Both the position numbers and the translations under genes were made by a program. A model generated the notes under the pieces. That model worked only from the letters and a program-made list of their open reading frames with translations, had not been told where the DNA came from and did not search any database. Of a stretch of 64,000 bases of DNA, positions 47,526 through 57,419 are shown in pieces. Location of the stretch: the IMG/VR virus record IMGVR_UViG_3300033066_001351, positions 1-64,000 of that record; one strand, 5' to 3'. This DNA is from a virus. Lineage: Duplodnaviria > Caudoviricetes. Each line of letters begins with the position of its first letter. Positions within the stretch are counted from its first letter, which is position 1.

Positions 47526-48755
47526 ATGAGCGGAACACTGAGCTTTCTCACACAAGGGGCGCCACAACCGGCGGTACCCACTGGTAGCGATACTGCAACC
47601 AGCATGCCCGTGTGGTTACAGCAGTTCGTTTACAATACTGCGAATGCCGCACAGGGTCTTGCGTCACAACCGTATCAACCGGTCCCGTTCAACCAGGTTG
47701 CTGACCCGTCCGCGGCGACGCAGCAAGCGTGGAACATGGCCTACTCCAACCAGGGCAATTATTTCCCTGCTTTGGGACAGGCCATCAACCAGACGAATAT
47801 CGGGTCCTCGCCAATCGCGACGCCGGGAGCAATCACGGCGCCGACCATTACGGCTGACCGTATTCAGAACCCACAGAACATTACGGCGGATCCCATAACC
47901 GCCAGCAAACTTTCGGCGTCTGATATCAGTCAATACATGAACCCCTACACCAATAGCGTTGTAGGGGCGCTTCGTCAGGCGTCCAATGAGAACCTGTTCA
48001 ACGACGTGTTGCCGGGGGTGCAGGACCGCTTTGTCAGCGCCGGCCAGTCGCGTTCGCCGCAGGAGATGAAGGCGACCGGCGATATGGTCTACAAGAGCCA
48101 GCAGGCTCTTGATCAGGCTATCGCGAATACCCTGAACCAAGGCTACAGCGGGGCGCTCAATACCGCCGCGCAACAGCAGGGCTTCACCACCGGCGTTGCG
48201 CAACAGCAGCAGGGCTTCAACACAGCCCTTCAGCAACAGCAACAGGGCGTGCAACTGGGTCTGGATACGAACCAGCAGCAGTTCCTGACGGGTCTTGCTC
48301 AACAGGAGCGAGATCGTCAGACCGCCTTGGACCTGCAGAACCAGCAGACGGGTCTCAATGTCGCCCAAGGCAACCGCACCGCGGCGCAGACCGGCGGCGC
48401 ACAGATGGGCCAGTTGGGAGCGCTCACCCAGCAGCTTGGCGCTGCCGATGTGGGTCTTGTCGGCGCGGCAGGTCAGTCGCAGGATCAGGTCAATCAGGCC
48501 AATGTCAACGCCGCACTCAACAACTTCTATGCGCAACAGCAGTGGCCGTATCAGAACCTCGGCTACGCGTCCAATATCATCCGAGGGCTGCCGGTCAACA
48601 CGAATACGCAGACCGTCGGGTCTACCTACAACGTCCCGTATCAGGCATCGCCGTTGTCGCAATTTGTCGGAACAGCACTCGGCGCCTCGTCGCTTGGCTT
48701 GAAGAAGGGCGGCATGGTAAAGATGGGCGTTCTAGCGAACCGGAGGGTTGCGTAA
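47526..48755 (+). CDS. Putative DNA ejection protein (Q-rich)
   Basis: YMNPY...V, 11-aa QQQGF repeats, QWPYQNL, C-terminal LKKGG. Confidence 0.8.
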   Translation: MSGTLSFLTQGAPQPAVPTGSDTATSMPVWLQQFVYNTANAAQGLASQPYQPVPFNQVADPSAATQQAWNMAYSNQGNYFPALGQAINQTNIGSSPIATPGAITAPTITADRIQNPQNITADPITASKLSASDISQYMNPYTNSVVGALRQASNENLFNDVLPGVQDRFVSAGQSRSPQEMKATGDMVYKSQQALDQAIANTLNQGYSGALNTAAQQQGFTTGVAQQQQGFNTALQQQQQGVQLGLDTNQQQFLTGLAQQERDRQTALDLQNQQTGLNVAQGNRTAAQTGGAQMGQLGALTQQLGAADVGLVGAAGQSQDQVNQANVNAALNNFYAQQQWPYQNLGYASNIIRGLPVNTNTQTVGSTYNVPYQASPLSQFVGTALGASSLGLKKGGMVKMGVLANRRVA

Positions 48756-48756
48756 T

Positions 48757-50760
48757 ATGGCTGGCGCACTTACCAGTAGCCTGGGAGTGTACGATGATTA
48801 CGTCCCCCCTCCCGGCGGCGATGACTCCGACGTGTCGTTTTTCCCGCCCGACATAGGCGACTATCAGCCTACGGGCGGTATGCCGACGCCGCCAGTGCCG
48901 GGCGCCGGTAACGGTGTGCTGTCCAACCCTAATGCTGGTGTGGGTGACGGCGGTGGCGACGATACGTGGGACAACACACAACAGGGCGTTCTAGCGGCAC
49001 AAAACCCGCAAGTGCAGATGCAAATGAACGCCATTCAGCAGGCACGGCAACGTATTGACGCCTATCGGGCGCAGCAAGACGCCGCCAAGTCGGGACAGAT
49101 CAATCTCCCGCTTCTGGCGGCTGCCGGTGCCATGTTGTCGCCGACGCGGAGTGGTTCCTTTGGCGAGTCCATCGGCAACGCGTTCAGCGCCGCGGCGCCT
49201 GCCGTAGCACGTCAACGCCAGACCGACGCCGCCGAAGAGGCCGCACGGGCCAAGCAAGACTGGAATATGTCGTATCAGGAAGCGCTTCTTGGCGACAAGA
49301 GTGCTGGCCGCTCGATTCAACAGCAGCGTTTGTCGCTGGATGACCGTATCAAATCCCGCACGCTTGAACTCAAGGCACAAGGTCTGGATGACACAGCCGC
49401 CTATCGCCAGGCGCGCATTGAATTGGGCCAAGGCCAGTTAGGGATCAACCAGCAGAACGCCAATACACGCGGCAATACGGCGGCAAACCAAGTTACCACG
49501 AATGCAAACGTGCAAGCGCAAGCCGAGATCGACGCCGAGAATGCGAAGCGTGCTGAATCGGGTCAAGAGCCGATGTCCGAAGCCGAGATGGCGGCGGCAC
49601 GGACTCGTTTCATCACGAGCGGCGCTCAAGGTCTTAAAACATCCGGCGCAGGCGGCTCCACGGCTATTCTGACACAGCAAGCCATGACGAAGGCGCGTGA
49701 GGCCATCACATCGCAAAACGCCGAACGTGTTGCGCAAGGCAAGCCTCCGCTGACGCCGGGTGAAGAAGCTGAAATCAACATCAGCCAGATCAAAGACGCC
49801 AAATCGGCGACGCCGACGGCGAGCGCCAAGTCCCAGATCATGTCTATGGCGATTGCCGCCGCGGACGATGACATCGCGCGCATGGATAACCCGACCGAAG
49901 AACAAAAGCGCGAAGCCCGCATCAAGCGCATCGGCGAATATACGAAGCGCACCAGCGTCTATGGTCAAACGACCAATGCGTTGAAGCGCGATGTCATGGA
50001 TAACTGGATTGCCGCCGATCCGACTATTGTCAGCGACCCGGCACGGTTTGCGATCCTGCAGTCCAAGGTTAACGGTGGGTTCATAATCAAGCCACCGCAG
50101 GCACTTGCGATCGAAGATCGCGGCCAGCAAACGGCAACGGCGCTCAACGCTCTACGGCGCGTACGCGAAGGTGTGTCGCAGGCGTACGCTTCCGCGGGTG
50201 CTATGGGCAAACCATTCAGGGCCGGCGAGACGCTCCAGAACATCCTTCTGCAGTCGCCTCAGACGGTTCGCGCGGATATCGAAAGCAACCTTGCTTTGGC
50301 TCGGGACCTTATCCCGACGATCATTCGCAACAAAGGTCCGCATCCGCAGGGCGCGCATGCCACGGCGGAACTGGAAAAGATCATTCGCGGCGGCAACTGG
50401 GGCGATACCTACCAGAACGTCATGTCGTCGTCTGAGTCTATGATGAAGGTTCTCGGCAGCGACTTGCGCAACCTGAACGACTTCTACAAGAACGGCCTTG
50501 GCCGTGATCTTGCTGTGTTCGGTGGCAACCCACAACAGCCTCCATTCTCGCCGCCTCAAGGCGGCGGAAGTGGTGGTGGTGGTGGTAATCCCGGCGCACC
50601 GCCTCCTGCCGTTGCACGCCCGGCGCCGCAAAGTGCCCCAGCACGTCAGGCGCCGTCCAACTCGCCGCCGGTCGATCGCCTTCAGGAAGGCGCCAATACG
50701 ACTTTCGGCAACGGACAAGTATGGACACTTCGTAACGGCCAACCGGTAAGGGTGCAATAA
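48757..50760 (+). CDS. Putative DNA ejection protein
   Basis: LAAAGAMLSPTRSGSFGESIG motif; helical A/Q-rich. Confidence 0.75.
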   Translation: MAGALTSSLGVYDDYVPPPGGDDSDVSFFPPDIGDYQPTGGMPTPPVPGAGNGVLSNPNAGVGDGGGDDTWDNTQQGVLAAQNPQVQMQMNAIQQARQRIDAYRAQQDAAKSGQINLPLLAAAGAMLSPTRSGSFGESIGNAFSAAAPAVARQRQTDAAEEAARAKQDWNMSYQEALLGDKSAGRSIQQQRLSLDDRIKSRTLELKAQGLDDTAAYRQARIELGQGQLGINQQNANTRGNTAANQVTTNANVQAQAEIDAENAKRAESGQEPMSEAEMAAARTRFITSGAQGLKTSGAGGSTAILTQQAMTKAREAITSQNAERVAQGKPPLTPGEEAEINISQIKDAKSATPTASAKSQIMSMAIAAADDDIARMDNPTEEQKREARIKRIGEYTKRTSVYGQTTNALKRDVMDNWIAADPTIVSDPARFAILQSKVNGGFIIKPPQALAIEDRGQQTATALNALRRVREGVSQAYASAGAMGKPFRAGETLQNILLQSPQTVRADIESNLALARDLIPTIIRNKGPHPQGAHATAELEKIIRGGNWGDTYQNVMSSSESMMKVLGSDLRNLNDFYKNGLGRDLAVFGGNPQQPPFSPPQGGGSGGGGGNPGAPPPAVARPAPQSAPARQAPSNSPPVDRLQEGANTTFGNGQVWTLRNGQPVRVQ

Positions 50761-53700
50761 TGGCTGCGGACCCATGGGCTGTCGTAAAGACCGAACCGGC
50801 GGCGGATGATCCGTGGGCAGTCGTCAAGACTGAACCGGTTCAAGCGGCGCCTAGCGCACCACAACGGCGTCAGCCTTTCATGCTGCCGAGCGCGGCGCCA
50901 CAAGAGGCGGCTACGGACGAATTGCCTGTGCCACCTGTTCCCCCCGAACAGGTCCCGACTGCTGTCGAAGAACAACTTCCGACGCCGCCTGTACCGCCCT
51001 ATTCCGAACAGGGAACCTACACGGAGCCGACGCCGGGGCAAGACCTTGGCTGGCCGCAACCGCCCTCAAACGAAGCGGTTCAACAACCGTACAACCCGTC
51101 TCCCGGCGTCCGCATGGTGGAAGGTATCCGCCGCGGCGTGACCGAAGGCGGTCCGCTCGGCATGTCCGAAGATACATTGCTTGGCAGCGGCGCCGCACGA
51201 CAGTTCGGCGAGACGGTGTTTGACCATCCCACCGGCAACGCGTTTCTGGATCCACTACTGTCTGGCACCAATAGGGCGCTCGCCCAAACCCCGGCGATGG
51301 CGTTGGACCTTCTTAGTCGCCCTGTCATGGGTGCTATTCGAGGCGGCGCAGGTTTGGTCGGCGGCCTGCTTGGCGGTAATGACAAAACGTCATCCGATAT
51401 GGCCGAACGTGACCTGAATGTTATCGGCGACATAACAGCGCTTCTCGGCAGCACGACGCCGTCTATGGCGGGTCCAAAGGTGTCTGGCGCCGTCACCGAC
51501 AAAGCATTCAAGAACGCAGGCAACACCATCAAGTGGCTTGGCGGCGCTGATCCGGAAGATTTGGCGATTGTCCGCAGCCTGGTGGACAAGGGTGTGAACG
51601 TGTCTCCCGCCTTCGCGCCGGAACTTCCCATTCTTCGTCGCTACGTTGATCTTGCCCGTGCTCTCGGCACCGATCCTACGGCGAAGTCCGCGACGGCGTA
51701 TGCTACGACCGAAGCTACAAACATACTGACGCGGCTGGGGAAGACGCCCGACGAAGCGCGGCGTATCATCAACGACCTGAAGACGTCCAACCGTCCCACC
51801 ATGGAGCAGTCAGAGGCCGCGCTACAAGGTGCCGCCGAAGACATTCAGTCAGGAATTGATACGCGCACTAACGCCGCGCGGGTGATGGAGAATGACGCCC
51901 GTCAAAACGAAATCGCAGGTGTTAGGGCTGAAGGAAAGAACGCAACCAACCTCAAACTTGAAGGTCTGGATGCGAGTCGTCGTACGCTTGAAGCCGAACG
52001 GGACGCAGCGCTTGCCAAGGTCAATAAAACCATTGACGACAGTTGGCAGCAATTTGACGAGATGCGCGACAAGGCGACGCCGGGGAATCTTGGAAAGGAC
52101 GTTCCGGACGCTCTGCAAGCGATTCGTCGCAACATGTCGGGCCAGTTCTCCGAGGCGTATGACGCTGTTCTGAAGCCCGTCGCCGATATCAAAGGCGACA
52201 CGACTATCGCCAACGCGACGATCGCCGATTTCTTGAAGGACATGCCCGAATCCTTTCAGGCAAGTCAGCCTCAACTCATCCGCGCCGTCACACAGATGGC
52301 CGAGGACGGCACGGCGACATTGCCTGAATTGCAGTGGCTACGCACGCAACTACGCGGCGCCGCGGGCGATCAGACACTCAGCCCGAACCTTAAGACGGGG
52401 CCGTTCAAACTTTTCCAAAATGTCGTAGACGACATGATCAACAACCCTGACGCGCCGACGGCGTGGCGTCAGGCTGCCGAAGATTTGCGCGGCGTTGATA
52501 AAGAATACGGCGAGCAAATGGCTATTTGGAAGAACCGCGCGGGCAACGCCATGGTGCGCGATATGCGCGACGGTGTGGCGCCTGATCCGGCAGCCATTGT
52601 CGAGACGCTGAACGAAAAGAACCAGACACAGCAGCGGCGCAAACTTCTCAACCTACTACCACCGGAGATAAAGGAGCGCGCCACTACGGCGACGCTTGAT
52701 AAACTGGTACGTGACTCGGTATCGACGGAGACCTACGGCTCCGGTGTCACCGGCCCCGCCATGGTGAACCCAAAGACGTTCCACGAGAACGTCGTGCAGA
52801 TGCACGCCGACGGCGTTTTGCAGGACTACCTCGGTAAGAAACAGGCCGATCAGGTCCTTGGCTTGGCTCGGCAACTTGCCCAGCGCAACGGTGATATTCC
52901 ACTCAACAACACGTCTCCTACCGATTTTGTGCGAGCGCTACAGCACGCCCGTGAAGCCGATGCGCTGATTGAAAAGACGGTAAAGGTGGATCCGGCCAAG
53001 ATCATGGCGGAAGAAGCCGCCAAGGTCGATGAGCGTATCAAGGAAATCAACAAGCGCCCGTCGGCGGTGCAAGAGGAAGCCAATCCCCTTGACTTCCTCC
53101 GTCAGTCGCGCGGTGCTACCGCGGCGGCGGAACACCTTCTGCAGCCTGACAACGTCAAGCAACTGCAGACCGTCATAAAGACGCTCGGTAATGACTCGAT
53201 GCCGGTTCAGTTGCTTCGTGAAGAAGCAGCACAAATGCTGCTAAAACCATTTCTGGAAGTCGATCTGAAAACGAAGCGGATCAACCCAGAAGCGGCGGCA
53301 GCCGGGTTCAAGAAGTTGTCGGATACGACACAAGAATTGCTGTTCCCGAACTTGGAACCCAATGCATTGAACACGCTTGCGCGTGAGATGCGCTTGATTC
53401 TCGGCACATCCGGCAACACGATGCCGGCGTTTGCCGCCAATACGATTTTGGGTCAGTCTGCGTTCAAGATGCCTACACACGGTCAGAGCAAACTTAACCC
53501 ATTCAACTACGGACGCATCGCTACGCAATACGGCTACGGCGCGCTGGCTAAGATCGTCACAAGTCCACGCTTTGTCCGTGTTCTGACGGGTGAGTTGTCA
53601 TCGAACCGGGATGTCTTTGTCGCCATGAAAAAGGCGATAGACAAGACCATAGATCGATCTGTCGATACAATGCGTATGGTGGGTGCCCCTCTCGCGGCGT

Positions 53701-54995
53701 CGAATAACCTGCAACAGCCCGCACAGGAAGAAGGCGCTGGCGCCTACAAGGACATCACGAACGAGTCGCTGGGCATCCCGGCCTTCCGCGAATACGCCTC
53801 CGGCGGTCTCGTGGAAGCCTCGCTGCCGATAACGCCCGAACCGCAGCAGGACATGGACGCCCAAGGGCAAGCCATGGCAAGCCCCGATGCGGCCAAGGAC
53901 GCCGTGTTCGTGTCCCGCGGGTCCCCGTATCCACAGAATATACCGGATAACGCCATTGTCGTGAAGCGTCCCGAAGGCGACCTTATCACGACCAATATGG
54001 AGAAGGCCCAAGCGTTCCGGAACGCGGCGCAATTGACCGACAAGGACATGGCCGCGATATTGTCGTATCCAGAAGCCAAGTCTGACGTCTCTGACCCGGT
54101 TGTAGCACAAGGTGTTACACCTGACGGTGGCGTGTCGGTGGAGATGTTGGCTTCTCGCGGCAACGAGGGTTCCGCCGTCGATGCAATAGGTCAGCAGGAT
54201 CCCCGTGCTTCCGTGCGTATTGTGACGCCGGATGATGCGCAGGCTCGTCGTGGTTTTGCCAAGGGCGGCCAGGCGGTCCCCTCGGACTTGATGGCCCATT
54301 TCCAAGCAGCCAGCGATGAGACCGGCGTCCCACTCAATTATCTTCTCGGGACGGCGCAACAGGAATCAGGGTTCAATCCGCAAGCCGTCTCCCCGACCGG
54401 TGCTCGCGGCGTCATGCAGGTTCTACCATCCACCGCGGCCCGACCGGGCTACGGCATGGAAGGCATGAACCCGGATGACCTGTTTGACCCCGGCAAGAAC
54501 ATTCGGTTCGGGGCGCGCTATCTTCTGGCTCGTGCTCGTGCCAATACCGGCGGCAATGTGGATTGGAACAACCCGCAGCACGTCGCCGCGGCGCTGCGTA
54601 GTTACAACGGCCCTGTTGGCGCCGGGGGTGATCCCAACTATGTCAACGCGGTGATGCGCAATGCTGGCGCTCCTGGTGCCCCCTCCAGTGGTGGTGGTGG
54701 CGGCGGTATGCCGTCAGACGCTGCACCGGCGCCGATGGAAGTGGTGGACAATACGCCGCCAATGCAACTGGACGAAGACGGTATGCCCGTTGTCCCCGAC
54801 GCACCAGACGCGCCGGACGCCGGTGCAGGAGACCCGCAGCAACTCCTTGGCGTCGTTCAAGCACTTGTGATGTCGGGCAACGCGAAGGAAGCAATTGCGC
54901 TACTTGTGAATTACGGCATAGACATGCGCGAAGCAGCGCGTATAGTGTGGTCGATCAATCGCAGCGCACAAGCACCGCAGCAATCTGCGGCGTGA
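50760..54995 (+). CDS. Large ejection protein with C-terminal lytic transglycosylase (SLT) domain
   Basis: AQQESGFNPQAVSPTGARGVMQVLPSTA...LFDPGKNIRFGARYL...ALRSYNG; duplicated DPWAVVKTEP at the N-terminus. Confidence 0.88.
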   Translation: MAADPWAVVKTEPAADDPWAVVKTEPVQAAPSAPQRRQPFMLPSAAPQEAATDELPVPPVPPEQVPTAVEEQLPTPPVPPYSEQGTYTEPTPGQDLGWPQPPSNEAVQQPYNPSPGVRMVEGIRRGVTEGGPLGMSEDTLLGSGAARQFGETVFDHPTGNAFLDPLLSGTNRALAQTPAMALDLLSRPVMGAIRGGAGLVGGLLGGNDKTSSDMAERDLNVIGDITALLGSTTPSMAGPKVSGAVTDKAFKNAGNTIKWLGGADPEDLAIVRSLVDKGVNVSPAFAPELPILRRYVDLARALGTDPTAKSATAYATTEATNILTRLGKTPDEARRIINDLKTSNRPTMEQSEAALQGAAEDIQSGIDTRTNAARVMENDARQNEIAGVRAEGKNATNLKLEGLDASRRTLEAERDAALAKVNKTIDDSWQQFDEMRDKATPGNLGKDVPDALQAIRRNMSGQFSEAYDAVLKPVADIKGDTTIANATIADFLKDMPESFQASQPQLIRAVTQMAEDGTATLPELQWLRTQLRGAAGDQTLSPNLKTGPFKLFQNVVDDMINNPDAPTAWRQAAEDLRGVDKEYGEQMAIWKNRAGNAMVRDMRDGVAPDPAAIVETLNEKNQTQQRRKLLNLLPPEIKERATTATLDKLVRDSVSTETYGSGVTGPAMVNPKTFHENVVQMHADGVLQDYLGKKQADQVLGLARQLAQRNGDIPLNNTSPTDFVRALQHAREADALIEKTVKVDPAKIMAEEAAKVDERIKEINKRPSAVQEEANPLDFLRQSRGATAAAEHLLQPDNVKQLQTVIKTLGNDSMPVQLLREEAAQMLLKPFLEVDLKTKRINPEAAAAGFKKLSDTTQELLFPNLEPNALNTLAREMRLILGTSGNTMPAFAANTILGQSAFKMPTHGQSKLNPFNYGRIATQYGYGALAKIVTSPRFVRVLTGELSSNRDVFVAMKKAIDKTIDRSVDTMRMVGAPLAASNNLQQPAQEEGAGAYKDITNESLGIPAFREYASGGLVEASLPITPEPQQDMDAQGQAMASPDAAKDAVFVSRGSPYPQNIPDNAIVVKRPEGDLITTNMEKAQAFRNAAQLTDKDMAAILSYPEAKSDVSDPVVAQGVTPDGGVSVEMLASRGNEGSAVDAIGQQDPRASVRIVTPDDAQARRGFAKGGQAVPSDLMAHFQAASDETGVPLNYLLGTAQQESGFNPQAVSPTGARGVMQVLPSTAARPGYGMEGMNPDDLFDPGKNIRFGARYLLARARANTGGNVDWNNPQHVAAALRSYNGPVGAGGDPNYVNAVMRNAGAPGAPSSGGGGGGMPSDAAPAPMEVVDNTPPMQLDEDGMPVVPDAPDAPDAGAGDPQQLLGVVQALVMSGNAKEAIALLVNYGIDMREAARIVWSINRSAQAPQQSAA

Positions 54996-55128
54996 TATGT
55001 AAGGATTGATTGCAAAACATGTCTGAGGCTAGTTGACACATGGTCCACAATCTATACTATGCCCCGAAGAAGCGCGCGCTCTCAAAAATCGTGAAAACAT
55101 CGTTTATTTGGCCGTTTGGAGACGAGAA

Positions 55129-55461
55129 ATGAGCGCGTCTTTGGCACGTAAGAGTGAGCCAGATCACAGGTTCACTCCATTGACTAAGGAAGGCGCTGAA
55201 GTAGTGGAACGTCAACTTGGCGAATTGATAGCCACCGTTAAAGCGCTGGGCGACCGTCTGGAGCGGATTGACACCGCTACAGGACATCGTCTCACAGAAA
55301 TAGAAAATTCCATGGAGAAGATACAACTTCTCATTGCTGAGACACATGGTATGACGAAGGTCCTACGATGGGTCACCGGGATCGTGACCAGTTTGTTCCT
55401 GTCCGGCGTTGCAACTTTGTGGTGGGCCGCCGACAAGTGGCAGTGGTTCACAAGGAAATAA
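55129..55461 (+). CDS. Membrane protein, holin/hemolysin XhlA-like
   Basis: Coiled coil plus one C-terminal TM segment (WVTGIVTSLFLSGVATLWW). Confidence 0.6.
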   Translation: MSASLARKSEPDHRFTPLTKEGAEVVERQLGELIATVKALGDRLERIDTATGHRLTEIENSMEKIQLLIAETHGMTKVLRWVTGIVTSLFLSGVATLWWAADKWQWFTRK

Positions 55462-55531
55462 CGCTCTAAACGCTTTACTTTTGCTACGGAAAGTGTCAAG
55501 TGGGTTGTATTGACAACCTACGGTAAAAAAC

Positions 55532-56560
55532 ATGTCCGTACCACGCATAACGCCGGCTCAAGCCAAGGAAGCCTATGATATCTGGCTTCAGAACGGTAAG
55601 AACACGACGGTCTCTGCACGACAGATCGGACTAAGCCGACACGCTTTTGATAACCGCCGGTTTCAGGATCCCAGGGCGTCCATGAAACCCGCCGATACAG
55701 GCTACACCAGTCCCTACATCCCCGATCCCGAAGAACCGCTGGAAGACACCGTACAGCGCATCATCGCCGAACGGCGACGCCATAAGACGCACCAGGCGGC
55801 GCTGGATTGGATGAAGTTCGAGGTGACGGAGAGCAAGCCGTTCGCGCTCGTATTCGTCGGTGATCCGCACATTGATACGTGCGACATGGACGTCCTGACC
55901 CGCGATCTCACGATCATCAATGAAACAGATCGTATGTGGGCCGTTGGTCTCGGCGACTGGTGCAACGGCTGGGTCCGACGCCTGCGGGATCAGTATGCCT
56001 TGCAGACTACGACGAAGAAGCAAGCCTACCGTCTCGTTCAATGGATGCTGAATATGCCGATCTGGTGGCTCATCATCCTCGGCAACCACAACGGGCAGCG
56101 GTGGCACGGTAGTGGATCGCCGTTGCAGTGGATGTCAAATACCGCCGCCGTGCAAGAACCGCAGCAGTGGCAGGCTAAATTCGCTGTGGCCTGCGGCGAC
56201 AAGACGTGGAAGATTTGGGCGGCTCACGACTTCCCAGGTCACTCACAGTATGCGGAAGATTTCGCACCCAATAAGCGTGCTATCCTGCACGGAGCCGCCG
56301 CTGACCTATACATCGCGGGGGACCATCACACGTACACGCTCCGTCATACGCAGCACTCTGTCACCGGACGCATGTATTGGTCTTCGCGGGCGCGGGGCTA
56401 CAAGCCTTTGGACCATTATGCGGAGGAACTGGGCTACCTAGAACAGTTCTACGGCAACTCTATCGTCGCCGTGTGCGATCCGCGGGACGGCACGATGCAG
56501 TGCTTCGGCGACGTGGACAAGGGGCGCCAGTATCTGGAGTTCCTGTTGGCTACGGCTTAA
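55532..56560 (+). CDS. Calcineurin-like metallophosphoesterase with N-terminal HTH
   Basis: VGDPH, GLGD, LGNH, AH, GDHH. Confidence 0.88.
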   Translation: MSVPRITPAQAKEAYDIWLQNGKNTTVSARQIGLSRHAFDNRRFQDPRASMKPADTGYTSPYIPDPEEPLEDTVQRIIAERRRHKTHQAALDWMKFEVTESKPFALVFVGDPHIDTCDMDVLTRDLTIINETDRMWAVGLGDWCNGWVRRLRDQYALQTTTKKQAYRLVQWMLNMPIWWLIILGNHNGQRWHGSGSPLQWMSNTAAVQEPQQWQAKFAVACGDKTWKIWAAHDFPGHSQYAEDFAPNKRAILHGAAADLYIAGDHHTYTLRHTQHSVTGRMYWSSRARGYKPLDHYAEELGYLEQFYGNSIVAVCDPRDGTMQCFGDVDKGRQYLEFLLATA

Positions 56561-56787
56561 CGGTTCCGGTTCTTCCACAACAGCGACAGCGGCCACCACT
56601 GTCGCCCGTCCTTATTGAAGTCCCACACGTTGCTGACTTCGCGAAGCACCGGCATCACTTCGTTCTCATGATGCAGTGCTTCGCGAATAGCAGCCCGTAA
56701 TTTGCGGTTAGCGAGCCGCTTATCGCGCTTCTCGCTACGCGCCAAGGTCCAACCGACGATAGGGGTGTGTCGGTGTGACCGGCTCAT
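56557..56787 (-). CDS. Basic hypothetical protein
   Basis: MSRSHRHTPI..SEKRDKRLANRK..W.F.KDG. Confidence 0.7.
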   Translation of the reverse strand: MSRSHRHTPIVGWTLARSEKRDKRLANRKLRAAIREALHHENEVMPVLREVSNVWDFNKDGRQWWPLSLLWKNRNR

Positions 56788-56788
56788 T

Positions 56789-57076
56789 TTACGGGTAGTA
56801 GCGAGACATGTAGGCCCGTCCCTCATCAGTCAATTCCGCCGTAAGGAGACGACGGTCTCGATTGCGGCGAAGCCGCTTGATCATCGGCGGAATAATCTCA
56901 AATTCCAGACGCCTCGCTGCCGCGGATGTGACAGGAAACGAACTGTTGAGTGACACCGCGATGGCGGACATTGTAGCAGGTCCATTCCACAATTTCATCA
57001 GGACCCCTAGCTGCCGAACGGTCAGAGGGATTTCGTCCTTCAGGGCAATCTCGACACCCTCCTCAAACGACACCAT
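56789..57076 (-). CDS. MarR-like winged-helix regulator
   Basis: LTVRQLGVL...TMSAIA..L..S...TSAAARRL...R.R..DRR....LTDEG. Confidence 0.8.
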   Translation of the reverse strand: MVSFEEGVEIALKDEIPLTVRQLGVLMKLWNGPATMSAIAVSLNSSFPVTSAAARRLEFEIIPPMIKRLRRNRDRRLLTAELTDEGRAYMSRYYP

Positions 57077-57078
57077 GG

Positions 57079-57330
57079 TTAGGTGGACCGCCCGTTCCGC
57101 ATCGTCTTGACGACCGGCGCCGTTTCAAGGGTAGCCCACCCATCGCCGTTCAGGGCCGACAGAATGGCTTCCATATTGGCCTTGGGGGTTTCATGCACGC
57201 GGATGATGGCATCGCCATTGCCGCCCTTGGACGGCGCCGTGAGATCGCGGGCGATGGACGTAGCGACGGTGAGCGACGACACGAACTTCGGCTTCTCGCC
57301 GTAGGACTGAACGCTGTAGACTGTCGGCAT
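57079..57330 (-). CDS. Hypothetical protein
   Basis: GGAG RBS; TTGACA upstream on the - strand. Confidence 0.7.
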   Translation of the reverse strand: MPTVYSVQSYGEKPKFVSSLTVATSIARDLTAPSKGGNGDAIIRVHETPKANMEAILSALNGDGWATLETAPVVKTMRNGRST

Positions 57331-57419
57331 ATTGATTGCTCCATGGATACGCGGTCAACCCAACAAGGTTGCCGGACGCATGTTTAGCCATAGTGGACGA
57401 TGAGTGTCAAGGGGTATTG

